From Octopus vulgaris (Eukaryota), in assembly GCA_951406725.2 (NCBI GenBank), contig OX597815.1, forward strand, positions 73,656,001 through 73,720,000: DNA of 64,000 nt, written 5' to 3'. Of this stretch, positions 39,129-50,480 are shown piece after piece. Under the pieces are notes generated by a model. That model was given only the letters and a program-made list of their open reading frames with translations, ran no database searches and was not told the origin of the DNA. The position numbers and the translations under genes were made by a program. Positions within the stretch are counted from its first letter, which is position 1. The number at the start of each line of letters is the position of its first letter.

Positions 39129-40744
39129 TATCTGCCAACGATAGGTCAATCGGCAGAATTATTAAAGTATCAGATACATCTTGTGGGAATTGCTCGAGTT
39201 CTTTGTGTCCTGAGTTCAAATCCCAGTGAGGTCACTTCTGACTTTCATCCTCCTGAGGAGATGTTCACACTAGTGCTTGGAAAATAAATAGTAATACAAA
39301 TTATATCAAATTCATGTTAATGTTTTTTTGGGGTTTTTTTTAAGAATTGTGTGTGTATATGTTTAGATGCATTGTTGTGTGTGTGTGTGTATATATATAT
39401 GTCATTTTGTTTTAGGTTCATGTCAGCATGTGGGTGTGCTTGGGAAGCCTGGTAGGTAAAGAGCCTAAACAAAGGAAAGAAAGCACACACACACACACAC
39501 ACAAAATGTATGCGTGAGTGTGTGAGAGTGATAAAGAGAAAGGGAAAGAGAAGGAGAGAGAGAGTTGGTATCTTTTTGTTTTGATGTTGTGCAATGGTTG
39601 CAAATAAGTATTCTTTTCTACTCTAGACACAAGGCCCGAAATTTTTGGAGAGCGGGGGCCAGTCGATCAGATCGACCTCAGTATGCAACTGGTACTTAAT
39701 TTATTGACCCTGAAAGGATGAAAGACAAAGTCGACCTTGGTGGAATTTGAACAACATAAGTATTATCATGAAAGCAATGTTATTCATTACTGATCTACTG
39801 TGAAAATATGTCCAGCCACATGGAAATATTACCTTGCTTGGAAACAGGTGAGTGTTGGTGACAGGAAAGGTCTCTAGCTGCAGAAAATCTGCCTCAATAA
39901 ACTCTGCCCAACCCATGCTAGCATGGTAAAGTGGACATTAAAACATTGATGAAGATTGTGATGATGATGAAGATGACACAATGATGATGTCAATGATAAT
40001 GATGGGACACAAGGCCAGAAATGTAGCAGACGAACAGTTTATTAAATCTGCGTCTGCATTTGATACTCTTTTACTTGTTTCAGTCATTTGACAGTGGCCG
40101 TGCTGTGGCACCGCCTTTAGTCAAGCAAATCGACCCCAGGACTTATTCTTTGTAAGCCTAGTACTTATTCTATCAGTCTCTTTTGCCGAACCGCTAAGTT
40201 ACGGGAACGTAAATACACCAGCATTGGTTGTCAAGTGATGTTCGGGGGACAAACACAGACACACAAACATATACACACACACATACATATATATATACAT
40301 ATACATATATACGATGGGCTTCTTTCAGTTTCCATCTACCAAATCCACTCACAAGGCTTTGGTCGGCCCAAGGCTATAGTAGAAGACACTTGCCCAAGGT
40401 GCCACGCAGTGGGACTGAACCTGAAACCATGTGGTTCATAAGCAAGCTACTTATCACACAGCCACTCCTACGCCTATAGCTACTTGCCACACAGCCATGA
40501 AAAATGCCTATGAAAAATGAACCTCAGAGGGATTTGAACACAGAACCTAATGAGACATAACTAAATACCACATGGTATTTTGTCAGATACTTTACCAGTT
40601 CTGCCATACACCTGCCAGAGGTAATTTATTTTGTAGACACAGGAGTGGGTGAAAGGCAAAGCTGATTGTGGTTTGAATTTGAACTAAGAATATAAAGTGC
40701 CAGATGAAGCACATTAATATCATGAATATATATATATATATAAA

Positions 40745-41333
40745 ATATCGTGAAAGACCGAGACCTCTGGAGATATACTGTGACTGCAAGGACCTGACAA
40801 ATAACGTGAGTTGATGGCTGTTTCCTGCACCAGCTTCACATAGAAGCCCCAGCTCATCCAAAGTGCCTTGGATCGTAGGACGGCCTGCTGTGCTTACCTT
40901 GGATCATAGGGTGACCTGCTGTGTTTGAGGAGACCTATTGAGTCAAGTACATCAACATCAAAATAGATATCAAATGGAAATTGTAGTTGTGTTACCTGTG
41001 CCCCTGGCATGTAAAAAGCACCATCTGTACATGGCCGATGCCAGCACCGCCTTGACTGGCTTCCATGCTGGTGGCATGTAAAAAGCACCAACAGATCGTG
41101 GCCGTTGCCAACCTCCCCTGGCACCTGTGCTGGTGGGACGTAAAAAGCACCCACTACACTCACAGAGTGGTTAGTGTTAGGAAGGGCATCCAGCTATAGA
41201 AACACTGCCAGATCAGACTGGAGCCTGGTGCAGCCTCCTGGCTTCCCAGACCCCGGTCAAACCGTCCAACCCATGCTAGCATGGAAAACGGACGTTAAAC
41301 GATAATGATTATGATGATGATGATGATGATGAT
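40745..41333 (+). mobile_element. RTE LINE 3' end (older relative of the 6421-8223 UTR)
   Basis: KDRDLWRYTVTART C-terminus, hairpin subunits separated by gtaaaaagcacc, and the same terminal 170 bp and (GAT)n tail. Confidence 0.8.
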
Positions 41334-41396
41334 ATATATATATATGGAAAAAAAGCCAAGGTAGAAAATGCTAAAATAATTTTCTAAAAAACATTT

Positions 41397-41432
41397 CAGT
41401 ACTGGTTTCAGTCATTGAGACTTTTTCAACTG
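41397..41432 (-). ncRNA. minimal hammerhead-ribozyme-like motif (U3-A8 variant), Penelope-type
   Basis: CAG-UUGAAAA-AGUC(UCAAU)GACU-GAAA-CCAG-UA-CUG: stem I CAG/CUG, stem II AGUC/GACU, GUA cleavage triplet. Confidence 0.55.
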
Positions 41433-41529
41433 TAAGTATGGAAAACAATTAAATTTTGGAAAAATTAAAAGAAAAGTTTTTAAAAGAATATTTATATAGT
41501 ATTCAAATACAAGGGGCATTTTCCTTGTT

Positions 41530-42470
41530 TCTACCTGTCTCTGATTTCTATATATACTACCACTGATTTCACCAACCATCCTAACAGATTATACATCCAA
41601 ACTAAAACACTTTAAAGCTTTCCTGATCACCATCATTAAGGGAGACTTCAATGCAGTCAGCATTTCCTGATTTTCAATCAAAAAAAAAAAGAGGTTAAAC
41701 AGAATCATAAGTAAACTCCCTTTACATCCAAAACAACCCATACCAATGCATGTGCATTCCTCACCAAGCCAAAGTTCAATAATTTTCTCCAGACATCACC
41801 CCTACTGCTCTCACACTTAGCTATGGTATCCACTTGGCAGACAAAACTCCCCAACTTTCCTCAAACCACTTAGCAATCATCACAATACACGCACATCAAT
41901 GAAGAAAACAAAACACTTTTGCAAACTTCAAACAATACAAGAAACAAAAGAAAAAGACAAATAAAACCCAATAGAACAAGATCAATTAAGAAACCAAATC
42001 ATGGTTTCCAGAATTCAACAAGACTATCACCAATACAGACACTGCAGTATGTACATACAACAAAATAATTACAGACACATCCCAAAAGGCAATATAAAAA
42101 AAATACAACCCAGTAACACACAAGAAACAGCCAGCCTCATAAAAACCAGAGACACTCTCAAACATAATGCACCAACGCCGCACACACAGCTGAAATAAAG
42201 CTCAGCATCAAACAACTAAATAAGGAAATTAAGAAGATAATAAACTCTAGAGAAAAAACACACAAGAATGGTAAACATCTGTATCTAACATAAACTACAA
42301 AAGAATCAGTAAAATACTGTATAAAGTAATTAGTAGCATCAATAACAATGGTCACACTGCATGTCACAGTAACCTCAAATAATTATAACCACACTGCGAC
42401 ACCAAACAAATACCCTTATTAGATATTGCTTGAAAATCAGCCACAAAAGCCACACAAAGAAAACAGAAAT
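41530..42470 (+). mobile_element. decayed LINE apurinic-endonuclease region
   Basis: ITIIKGDFNA and SSNHLAI (SDH-like) motifs in A/C-rich LINE-like sequence. Confidence 0.5.
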
Positions 42471-42969
42471 ATCATCATCATTTATGTCCACTTTTCCCAG
42501 CTTGCATGTGCCAGATGAGAATATATTGGAGTAAAGTTTTTTTTTACTTACAGCTGGATACTCTTCCTATTGCTAACCATCCACTTTACAAAGGGAGACG
42601 ATTATCTTCCAATCAATTGAACAGTAAACATTAGAAGATACTTGCCCAAGTGGAACTGGATGCAAAACCACATGGTTGGGAAGTCAATTTCTTAAGCCTC
42701 ATTGGTAGTGGCATTTACTTGTATCCAAGCCTCTTCATCTTGATGAGCATGGAGAGTGCTGGTACCTGAGGTGGCTGTTCAGGCTAAAGGTAGCATAGAA
42801 GAGCTGGGGGGAATTTATTGCAGGGATGAAGAGGAAGTACGAATTGCTCTTTGCATCTTCAATGTCTGATCTCTGCCTCTTGTCATCTGTTATTTTCCAT
42901 CTGGTCCATTCCCTCGACAATCATGCCACCACTGAGCAGCCAAGGACCGCTCAGTGGTGGCATATAATA

Positions 42970-43983
42970 TATTGGGTCATCCCATAAATAATACATTTTT
43001 TTATACTTCTTTTATTTTTCAAAATTAACATAAAGTTGTTTTTTTAATGTAAAATATACTCTCCTTCATTTTCTACAATGTTCTTTCATCTATCTGGTTG
43101 ACTTGCAAAGCCCCTCCAGTACTGTTCTGACCTCATCTACAGAATTCATATTTTTTCTGTCTAAATGATTTTGAAGACTGTAGAATAAATGATAATCAGA
43201 TGGGACAATGCCCAGCGAATATTGTGGGTGAAGCACTGTTTCCCATTCAAACTGCTCCAGTCTTTGGAATGTCATCCTCACTGAATGTGGGTGAGTATTA
43301 CCCTGATGGAAGTATTACCCTGATGGAAGAACACCTTTTGTCTTGAAACCAAAGATGGTAATTTTTCTTCTAGTGCACTGACTTAAGCCGCTCAAGCTAC
43401 TTGTAGTAGATCTCCTTTGTTATTGTTTGCTTTGGGTTTAAAAGTTCAAAGTGGTCTAAACCTTTCATATCCCACCAAACAGATAACAACAACTTATGTG
43501 GGTGAAGACCTTTATCCTGGGGTGCCAGTGTTTCTCCTTTTCATACCCACCGTCTTCAACGCTTGACATTTTTTATAGAGAACCAATTTTTCATCCTCAG
43601 TCACTATTCAATCCAGAAAAGGTTCGTTTGTGAGATGTAACAACAAAGAAGAACACAAGTTCACTCTCTGCACATGATTAGACTCTGAAAGATTGTGAGG
43701 AACCCACTGACCCAATTTGCTGACCTTTCCAATGGCATGCAGGTGTCAATGAATGGTTGAATGATCAAATCCAAGTTTCTCTGCTAGTTCCTCAACAGTT
43801 ACGATGGGATTTTGTTACATCAGGTTTTGCAGAACATCCTTGTCAAATCTACAAATCTTCCAGGAGAAGGCTTGTCTTCTAGGCTGTAGTTTCTGGCTCA
43901 GAATTTCTGGAACCACTGTTGACATTGGCTTATGCTTATTGTCAGATCCCCATCAACTGCATTATTTATGGGATGACCCAATA
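42970..43983 (-). mobile_element. mariner element with both TIRs and decayed transposase
   Basis: TA-flanked TIRs ttgggtcatcccataaataat; WVPHNLSES, IVTEDEKLVLYKN and HPQYSLGIVPSDYHLF motifs. Confidence 0.92.
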
Positions 43984-44760
43984 TATATACATCATCATCT
44001 GTCTTCTATGTTGGCGTGGGCTGCACAGTTTGATAAAATCTGACAACCCAGCATGTCTGCTTTGGTGTGGCTTCTTAGACTAGATGTCCTTCCTAATACC
44101 AGAAAATTTACAGAATGTACTGAGTGCTTTTCTTTTGAGGGTACTGACACTAGAGAGGTCACCAAGTGATTCCTTTAACAAGACCAGTAAACTGAGCAGG
44201 GATGTAGTATTGAATGAAATGTCCCTCTCTCTCTATATATATATAAACATCATATAGGCATTATATAGGTTAGTGTTAGGAAGAGCATCCAAAGTAGACA
44301 ATGGAATACAGTGTAGTACTTGGCTCATCAGAGCCAGTCAGCCAGTATGGAAGCACTTTGGCTAGCATATGGTGATAGTGGATAGCTGCTACTGGTGAAT
44401 TGTAAACACATAGAAATCATGTGATCTAAGAAATCCACTGCTGGTGCTGGACATTTATTGTCTACTGCTGAGATTTCTGTACTTTTTAGCGAGATACATC
44501 TATACGAGATGCTTTCTGAAGATGTATTGTGATGTTCTTAAAGTATCATTTATTTTTTTCTTGTTTCAGTCATTAGACTGTGGCCATGCTGGGGCACTGC
44601 CTTGAAGAAGTTTTAGTCAAATGAATTAACCCCAGTACTTATTTATTTTAAGACTGGTACTTATTCCATCAAGCTCTTTGGCTGAACTGCTTAGTTACAG
44701 GGATGTAAACACACCAATAACAGTTGTCAAGCAGTGGTGGGGGGACAAACACAGACACAG

Positions 44761-44793
<33 letters not shown>

Positions 44794-44799
<6 letters not shown>

Positions 44800-45042
44800 T
44801 TGCTATTATGTTAAACTGTCATATGTCCAAATTTGGCCAAATGCATTTTGTTCAATATTTATTTTTGCTTGCAATAGCTGGTTCTTTTGATCAAACTATA
44901 GTATCTCCAGCTGCTTCAGATGCCAAGATATGAAAATTTTCAAAGTGTAGTACAACGGTTTTGCTATGGAATGGTGAAACTATTTTTTTTGTTTTTTGAA
45001 AAGTTTTGAACTTACGACAGTTTTGCATAATAATAATGATAT
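44794..45042. mobile_element. MITE inserted in the (TA)n core of a SINE A
   Basis: Imperfect TIRs of about 38 bp, atatcgttgctattatgttaaactgtcatatgtccaaa / tttgaacttacgacagttttgcataataataatgatat, flanked by TA. Confidence 0.7.
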
Positions 45043-45719
45043 ATATATATATGATGGTCTTCTTTCAGTTTCTGCCTACCAAATTGACTCACAAGGATTT
45101 GGTTGATACAAGGCTATAGTAAAAGACACTTGCTCAAGATGCCACATTGTGGAACTGAACCTGGAACCATATGGATGGGAAGCAAGCTTCATACAACACA
45201 ACCATTCCTATGCCTACATCCACTTTTTGTACAATATAAAAAATAAGATATATATATACACACACACAACTAGTTTCCATGCAGTTTTGTGTATCAAATT
45301 CACTAACAAGGCATTAGTCAGCTTGGGGCTGTAGTAGAAGACACTTGTGCAAGGTGCTACACAGTAGGATTGAACCTGAAACCACAGTAAAAAATTTTCA
45401 TACATACATACATGAATGTGCAGCAGGACCTAACTCATATTTGGACCACAACAAAGTTTCTTAACCCCCTATGCCTTCGATTTGAAATCACTGACCACTA
45501 AACTTAAGTTGAGGGGGTTGCATTCCACACTAAGAAGAAACTTGAAGCTCACAATCACCATTATCAGCTCTCATTTTTCTGTTAATTTGGTAGAAGTGGC
45601 CAGCCAGCTGAGTGATTTTCTGCACTCTTGCAGCCTTTCATCATCATTGTTCGACCGTGGTCGAGACTTTCATAGTCTTTTCAAATGGCTAATAATGTGT
45701 GTGCGTGCCACTACTACAC

Positions 45720-45955
45720 ACAGCTTTTACCCACCCATGCACCCTGGTTTTCTGCATACCACCCACCACCCTTGGTTTTCTGCTCTCACCCATGCCTCCT
45801 GGTTTTCTGCCACCACCCACGCCCCTTGGTTTTCTGTTCCACCCACACTCCTTGGTTTTCTGCTCCCTCCCACACCTCCTGGTTTTCTGCCCCAACCCAC
45901 GACCCCTGGTTTTCTGCTCCCACATACACCCACTGATTTTTTGCCTTCACCCACT
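45720..45955. repeat. minisatellite with a unit of about 25 bp
   Basis: About nine degenerate copies of cccacccacNccccTGGTTTTCTGc. Confidence 0.9.
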
Positions 45956-47049
45956 TCGGTTCTCCTTCTTGTAGCTTGAGGGATCGATCCTGATGCTTCA
46001 TCACTATTTTATCTCTCTCTCTAGCTTCACCCTAGTTACTCCTACCCAGTAGGATCAAACATGTAGCCATGTAACTCTTCTACAACAAGAAATCTTTTCT
46101 ATTCTGCATATAATTGGATCCCTCATTTCCTAGCATAAAGCTGTCTTCCTTTCTATTATAACCCCAGGGATATTTTTTATTTGTCCCTGCAAGCTACATG
46201 GTAACCTCAATGTTGGTGCTTCAGAAAAGCACCCAGTACATTTTGTAAAGTGGCCAACATTAGGAAGGGCATCCAGCTGTAGAAACCATGCCAAAGCAGA
46301 TACTGGAGCACAATGCAGTTCTTGGAACTGTCAAATGCTGCTTAACTCTCCAACCCATGCCAGTATGGGAGATGAACATTAAAAGATAATGATGATGAAA
46401 GTCAACAAATTATTGACAATAACACTAATAATAATTCTAATTTTTGGCACAAGGTCAGCAAGTTCAGGGAGAGGAATAAGTTGATTACATCAACCCCAGT
46501 ACACAACTGGTACTTAATTCATCAACCTGTAAAGGGATGAAATGCAAAGTCAACCTTGACGGAATTTGAACCTAGAGCATAAAGACGGATGAAATGCCAC
46601 TAAATATTTAGCCCGGCATGCTAACAATTCTACCAGCTCACCTTTCTTCTTACACTAATAATCCTTTCTTCTAAAGGCACAAGGCCTGAAATTTGGAGGC
46701 AGGAGAGTAGTCACTGGTACTTAATTCATCAAGCCCAAAAAGGATGAAAGGCAAAGTCAACCCCGGCAGAATTTGAACCCAGACCATAAAGACAGATGAA
46801 ATGCTGCTAAGCATTTTGCCTTGTGTGCTAATGATTGTGCCAGCTCACTGCCTTCAGAATAATAATAGCAACATGTTTTACAAAATTACTATCAATAGAT
46901 AAACAAAACAATCACTTCTATTCACCTCCTGTAAGAATTATTCAATTTTGAGTAAACAAATATGTGCACACACACACACACACACGAACATTGCAATATC
47001 TTTGTATTTTTTTTTTCATCATATTTACTTTGAAAGAAAACACTTCAGT

Positions 47050-47517
47050 TGTTGGTGAGCAATATTTTTTTTTTATTTTCCTTTGTATAAATGCAGTGTG
47101 ATTTAACTTTACACGAATAAGACTTCATTCTGTTCCTTGAACAGGCACAGCACCGTGATGTGGGTGAGTTGGTGGTGGTGGTGGTGGTGGATAATATATA
47201 AACAGAAAGGGAATATACATATTATATATACATACATACATATACCTACATATATACATACACACACATATATATATATATACACATAAATATATATACA
47301 TACACATAAATATATATACATATATATATACATAGATATATATACATATATATATACATATACACATACATATATATACATATATATATACATAGATATA
47401 TATACATATATATATACATATACACATACATATATATACATATATATATACATAGATATATATACATATATATATACATATACACATACATATACACATA
47501 TATATACACATACATAT

Positions 47518-47571
<54 letters not shown>

Positions 47572-47602
47572 GCATGTATGTATATATGTGAATATATATA
47601 TG

Positions 47603-47657
<55 letters not shown>

Positions 47658-47891
47658 ATGTTTGTGATTGTGAGTGGTGCATTGATCAAAATGTTAAACA
47701 TAACTTTTCAATGAATGCAGTGTGTTGACATGGTATCAGGAATCAAGTGATAGATGACCACAATATTTAGTGAATGAACAGAGAGAGAGAGAGCTGGAGG
47801 TGAGGCATGAAAAAAATAAAATAAACTAGATTGATGGAAGCCATTTCGCCTGGATTAGCGGATGAAATTAGATCAGGCCGGTTTAACTAGT
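47050..47891 (-). other. GMCL1: probable gcl 3' UTR (extent uncertain)
   Basis: TE-free sequence directly after the stop; minus-strand AATAAA at 47072-47077; contains a long TA/CA microsatellite block. Confidence 0.45.
47230..47652. repeat. TA/CA microsatellite with a 60-bp higher-order repeat
   Basis: Sequence lines 47341 and 47401 are identical 60-mers; about three copies. Confidence 0.95.
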
Positions 47892-48119
47892 TTACTCTGC
47901 AGAACTGTTGCTTAATAAGGACTCGGGATTAAGTGTCGGATCCAGGTGAACTGAAGAGCTTGGCACACCTTGAATATCATCTATCTTGTCCCAGTCTTCA
48001 TTTGTAAGGGTTGGCAATGTTGGTAAAGGTACAGACTCACATGGTGTTACATAGACAACATTGAAACAGATATGGAGAGGAAATGTTGCTGCTTCCTCCA
48101 ACGTGAGAATGGGTATATC
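47892..48119 (-). CDS. GMCL1: germ cell-less terminal coding exon (to TAA stop)
   Basis: ttcttcttcag| phase 0. Encodes DIPILTLEEAATFPLHICFNVVYVTP...NSSAE*; FPLHICFNVVYVTP matches GMCL1 FPLYICCNFLYISP. Confidence 0.93.
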   Translation of the reverse strand, partial: DIPILTLEEAATFPLHICFNVVYVTPCESVPLPTLPTLTNEDWDKIDDIQGVPSSSVHLDPTLNPESLLSNSSAE

Positions 48120-48401
48120 CTGAAGAAGAATAAATGAAATATTATTGAGTACCAACAAAAATGTGATATTTAATCATATAACAATTATATAAAGTAAGGT
48201 GGCACAACAGAAAGTTTGAAGTTATGATAATAATGATATTGCTGACATATATGTACATGTATGTGCACTTGTGTGTGAATGCATGTATATATGTCATTAT
48301 TTGGTTTTTATTTGAAGATTTCTTGCCAATAGAGAAAGTGCTGGTTTCTAACATAGATCCAAGGTTCCTTCATTGGAATTTCAACATCCAGACGGTGGGT
48401 A

Positions 48402-48432
<31 letters not shown>

Positions 48433-48669
48433 GTGCAGATTTGCATGTTTTGTTTTATGATTGTATTTTCATGCATATAGTTGCATATCTATACATGCTC
48501 ATATATACTTAAATGATAAACTTTTGGAAAGTTTTACAGATTTTTATAGTTCCAGTGATGGCTTGAATCTGTAGTCTTCGAATCAGCTTTCTCCTTCCTG
48601 GTTTTGAGAAGCCTAATTTCTAAATACATTTCTTAGTATTCTTTACAGTACCAGAATTTTTTGAAATGC

Positions 48670-48745
48670 TTTATCTGAGGAAGGTTTACGTAGTGGATGC
48701 ATTTCCTTATTATATATTATGCAAACCTGAAATGTACGTATTAAA
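48670..48745 (+). ncRNA. hammerhead-ribozyme-like motif in a Penelope-type repeat (last gcl intron, antisense)
   Basis: CUGAGGA, a 14-bp stem II (48682-95 / 48715-28, one mismatch), GAAA, UGUACG-UA; weak stem I uuua/uaaa. Confidence 0.5.
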
Positions 48746-49240
48746 TGAAATTCAAAATATCACTATTTTGTTTGATGTCATCATTACATCTATATAAGGC
48801 AGTGAGATGTCAGAATCGTTAACAAATCAGGCAGAATGCTAAGCAACATTTTGTCTGTCTTTACATTCTGAGGTTCAAATCCAGCCGAGGTCAACTTTGC
48901 TTTTCATCCCTTAGGGGTTGATGAAATAAGTACCAGTTGAGCACTGGGGCTGATGTTATTGATCAGTCCCCACTCCTAAAATTTCAGGCCTTGTGCCTAT
49001 TGTAGAAAGGATTATTACAACTATATATGTACACACACACATATATATAGTTGTCACTATATATAGTCATAATGTATCATCATCATCATCATCATCATCG
49101 TTTAACGTCCGCTTTCCATGCTAGCATGGGTTGGACGGTTCAACTGGGGTCTGGGAAGCCCGAAGGCTGCACCAGGCCAGTCAGATGTGGCAGTGTTTCT
49201 ACAGCTGGATGCCCTTCCTAACGCCAACCACTCCGAGAGT

Positions 49241-49250
49241 GTATATAAAC

Positions 49251-49281
<31 letters not shown>

Positions 49282-49340
49282 TATATATACACACACATAT
49301 ATATATATATATACACACATATATATATATATATACACAC

Positions 49341-49371
<31 letters not shown>

Positions 49372-49384
49372 TATATATATATAT

Positions 49385-49442
<58 letters not shown>

Positions 49443-49680
49443 TAAATTATATATACATATATAGTCATAAATTATATATACATATATATATAGTCATAAA
49501 TTATATATACATATATATATAGTCATAAATTATATATACATATATATATATATATATACATACACACACACACATATATATGTATGTATGTAAGCATGTA
49601 TAAATCTATGCACACACACACACACACACATATATATATGTATGTAAGCATGTATGTATCTATGCACACACACACACATC
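49241..49680. repeat. (TA)n/(CA)n compound microsatellite
   Basis: Read directly; abuts a young RTE tail at 49075-49240(-). Confidence 0.95.
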
Positions 49681-50074
49681 TACATATATTCCACCAGCAT
49701 TATTTTAAAGTCCATCTTTCCATTGCCAAATCTCACCTGTTTCCAAGCAACGTAACCCCCCCCCCCACATGGCTGGACATGCTTTCATAGATGACTGGAA
49801 CTGAACACCACCACATGTATGATGGTGACACTTGTTTACAACAATTGTGTGATGTCAAGATATACACAGGAGTCATTCATTGTTTAATGTCTACTTTTTC
49901 ATGCTTGCAAGGGACACACACACATACATGTATATAAAGGGGCATCTTTTAATTTTTCTTTACCGAAACCACTCACAGGGCTTGATGCTGGAAGACACTA
50001 AATTAAGGTGCCACAGAATGGGATTCAAGCCATGTAGTTAGGAAGCACATTTCTTAATACAGCACACACACTGT

Positions 50075-50480
50075 TGAATGTACCCAAAAGAAGACCACTC
50101 AACTGACAGACATGAAGTCACTCATCAATGCACTTCAACTTCTTAGCCCACAGATGGGCTGTGTCCTCTCTCTACCTTTTCTACCACTACTACAGTAGTC
50201 TCTGCTTCTCACAGCTGGTCTCATGTCACCTCCACTTAGGTACTCTAGACTCACTCATCTCTCCTCCTCTTGCCACCCTCACTGCATTTCTTCCTACTGT
50301 CCTTTCACCTAGATCTTCCTCTTCATAATGCTGGCTCTAAAATTCCCCTCCAGCACATTGTTTATCTGTAGCTGCCAAATTGCAAGAGTTTAAATGGAAC
50401 TTTAACAATAACAGTGTCAATCTCACTGATCTTAGGAGGTTTGTTAAGGTCAAAGGCATTGTCCCCACTTCCTCCAGATC
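50075..50480 (+). mobile_element. L2/CR1/Jockey-group LINE 3' remnant
   Basis: LECTQKKTTQLTD...LAHRWAVSSLYLFYHYYSSLCFSQL resembles LDRIQxKAxRLI...LxHRRxVASLxLFYRYY. Confidence 0.65.
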
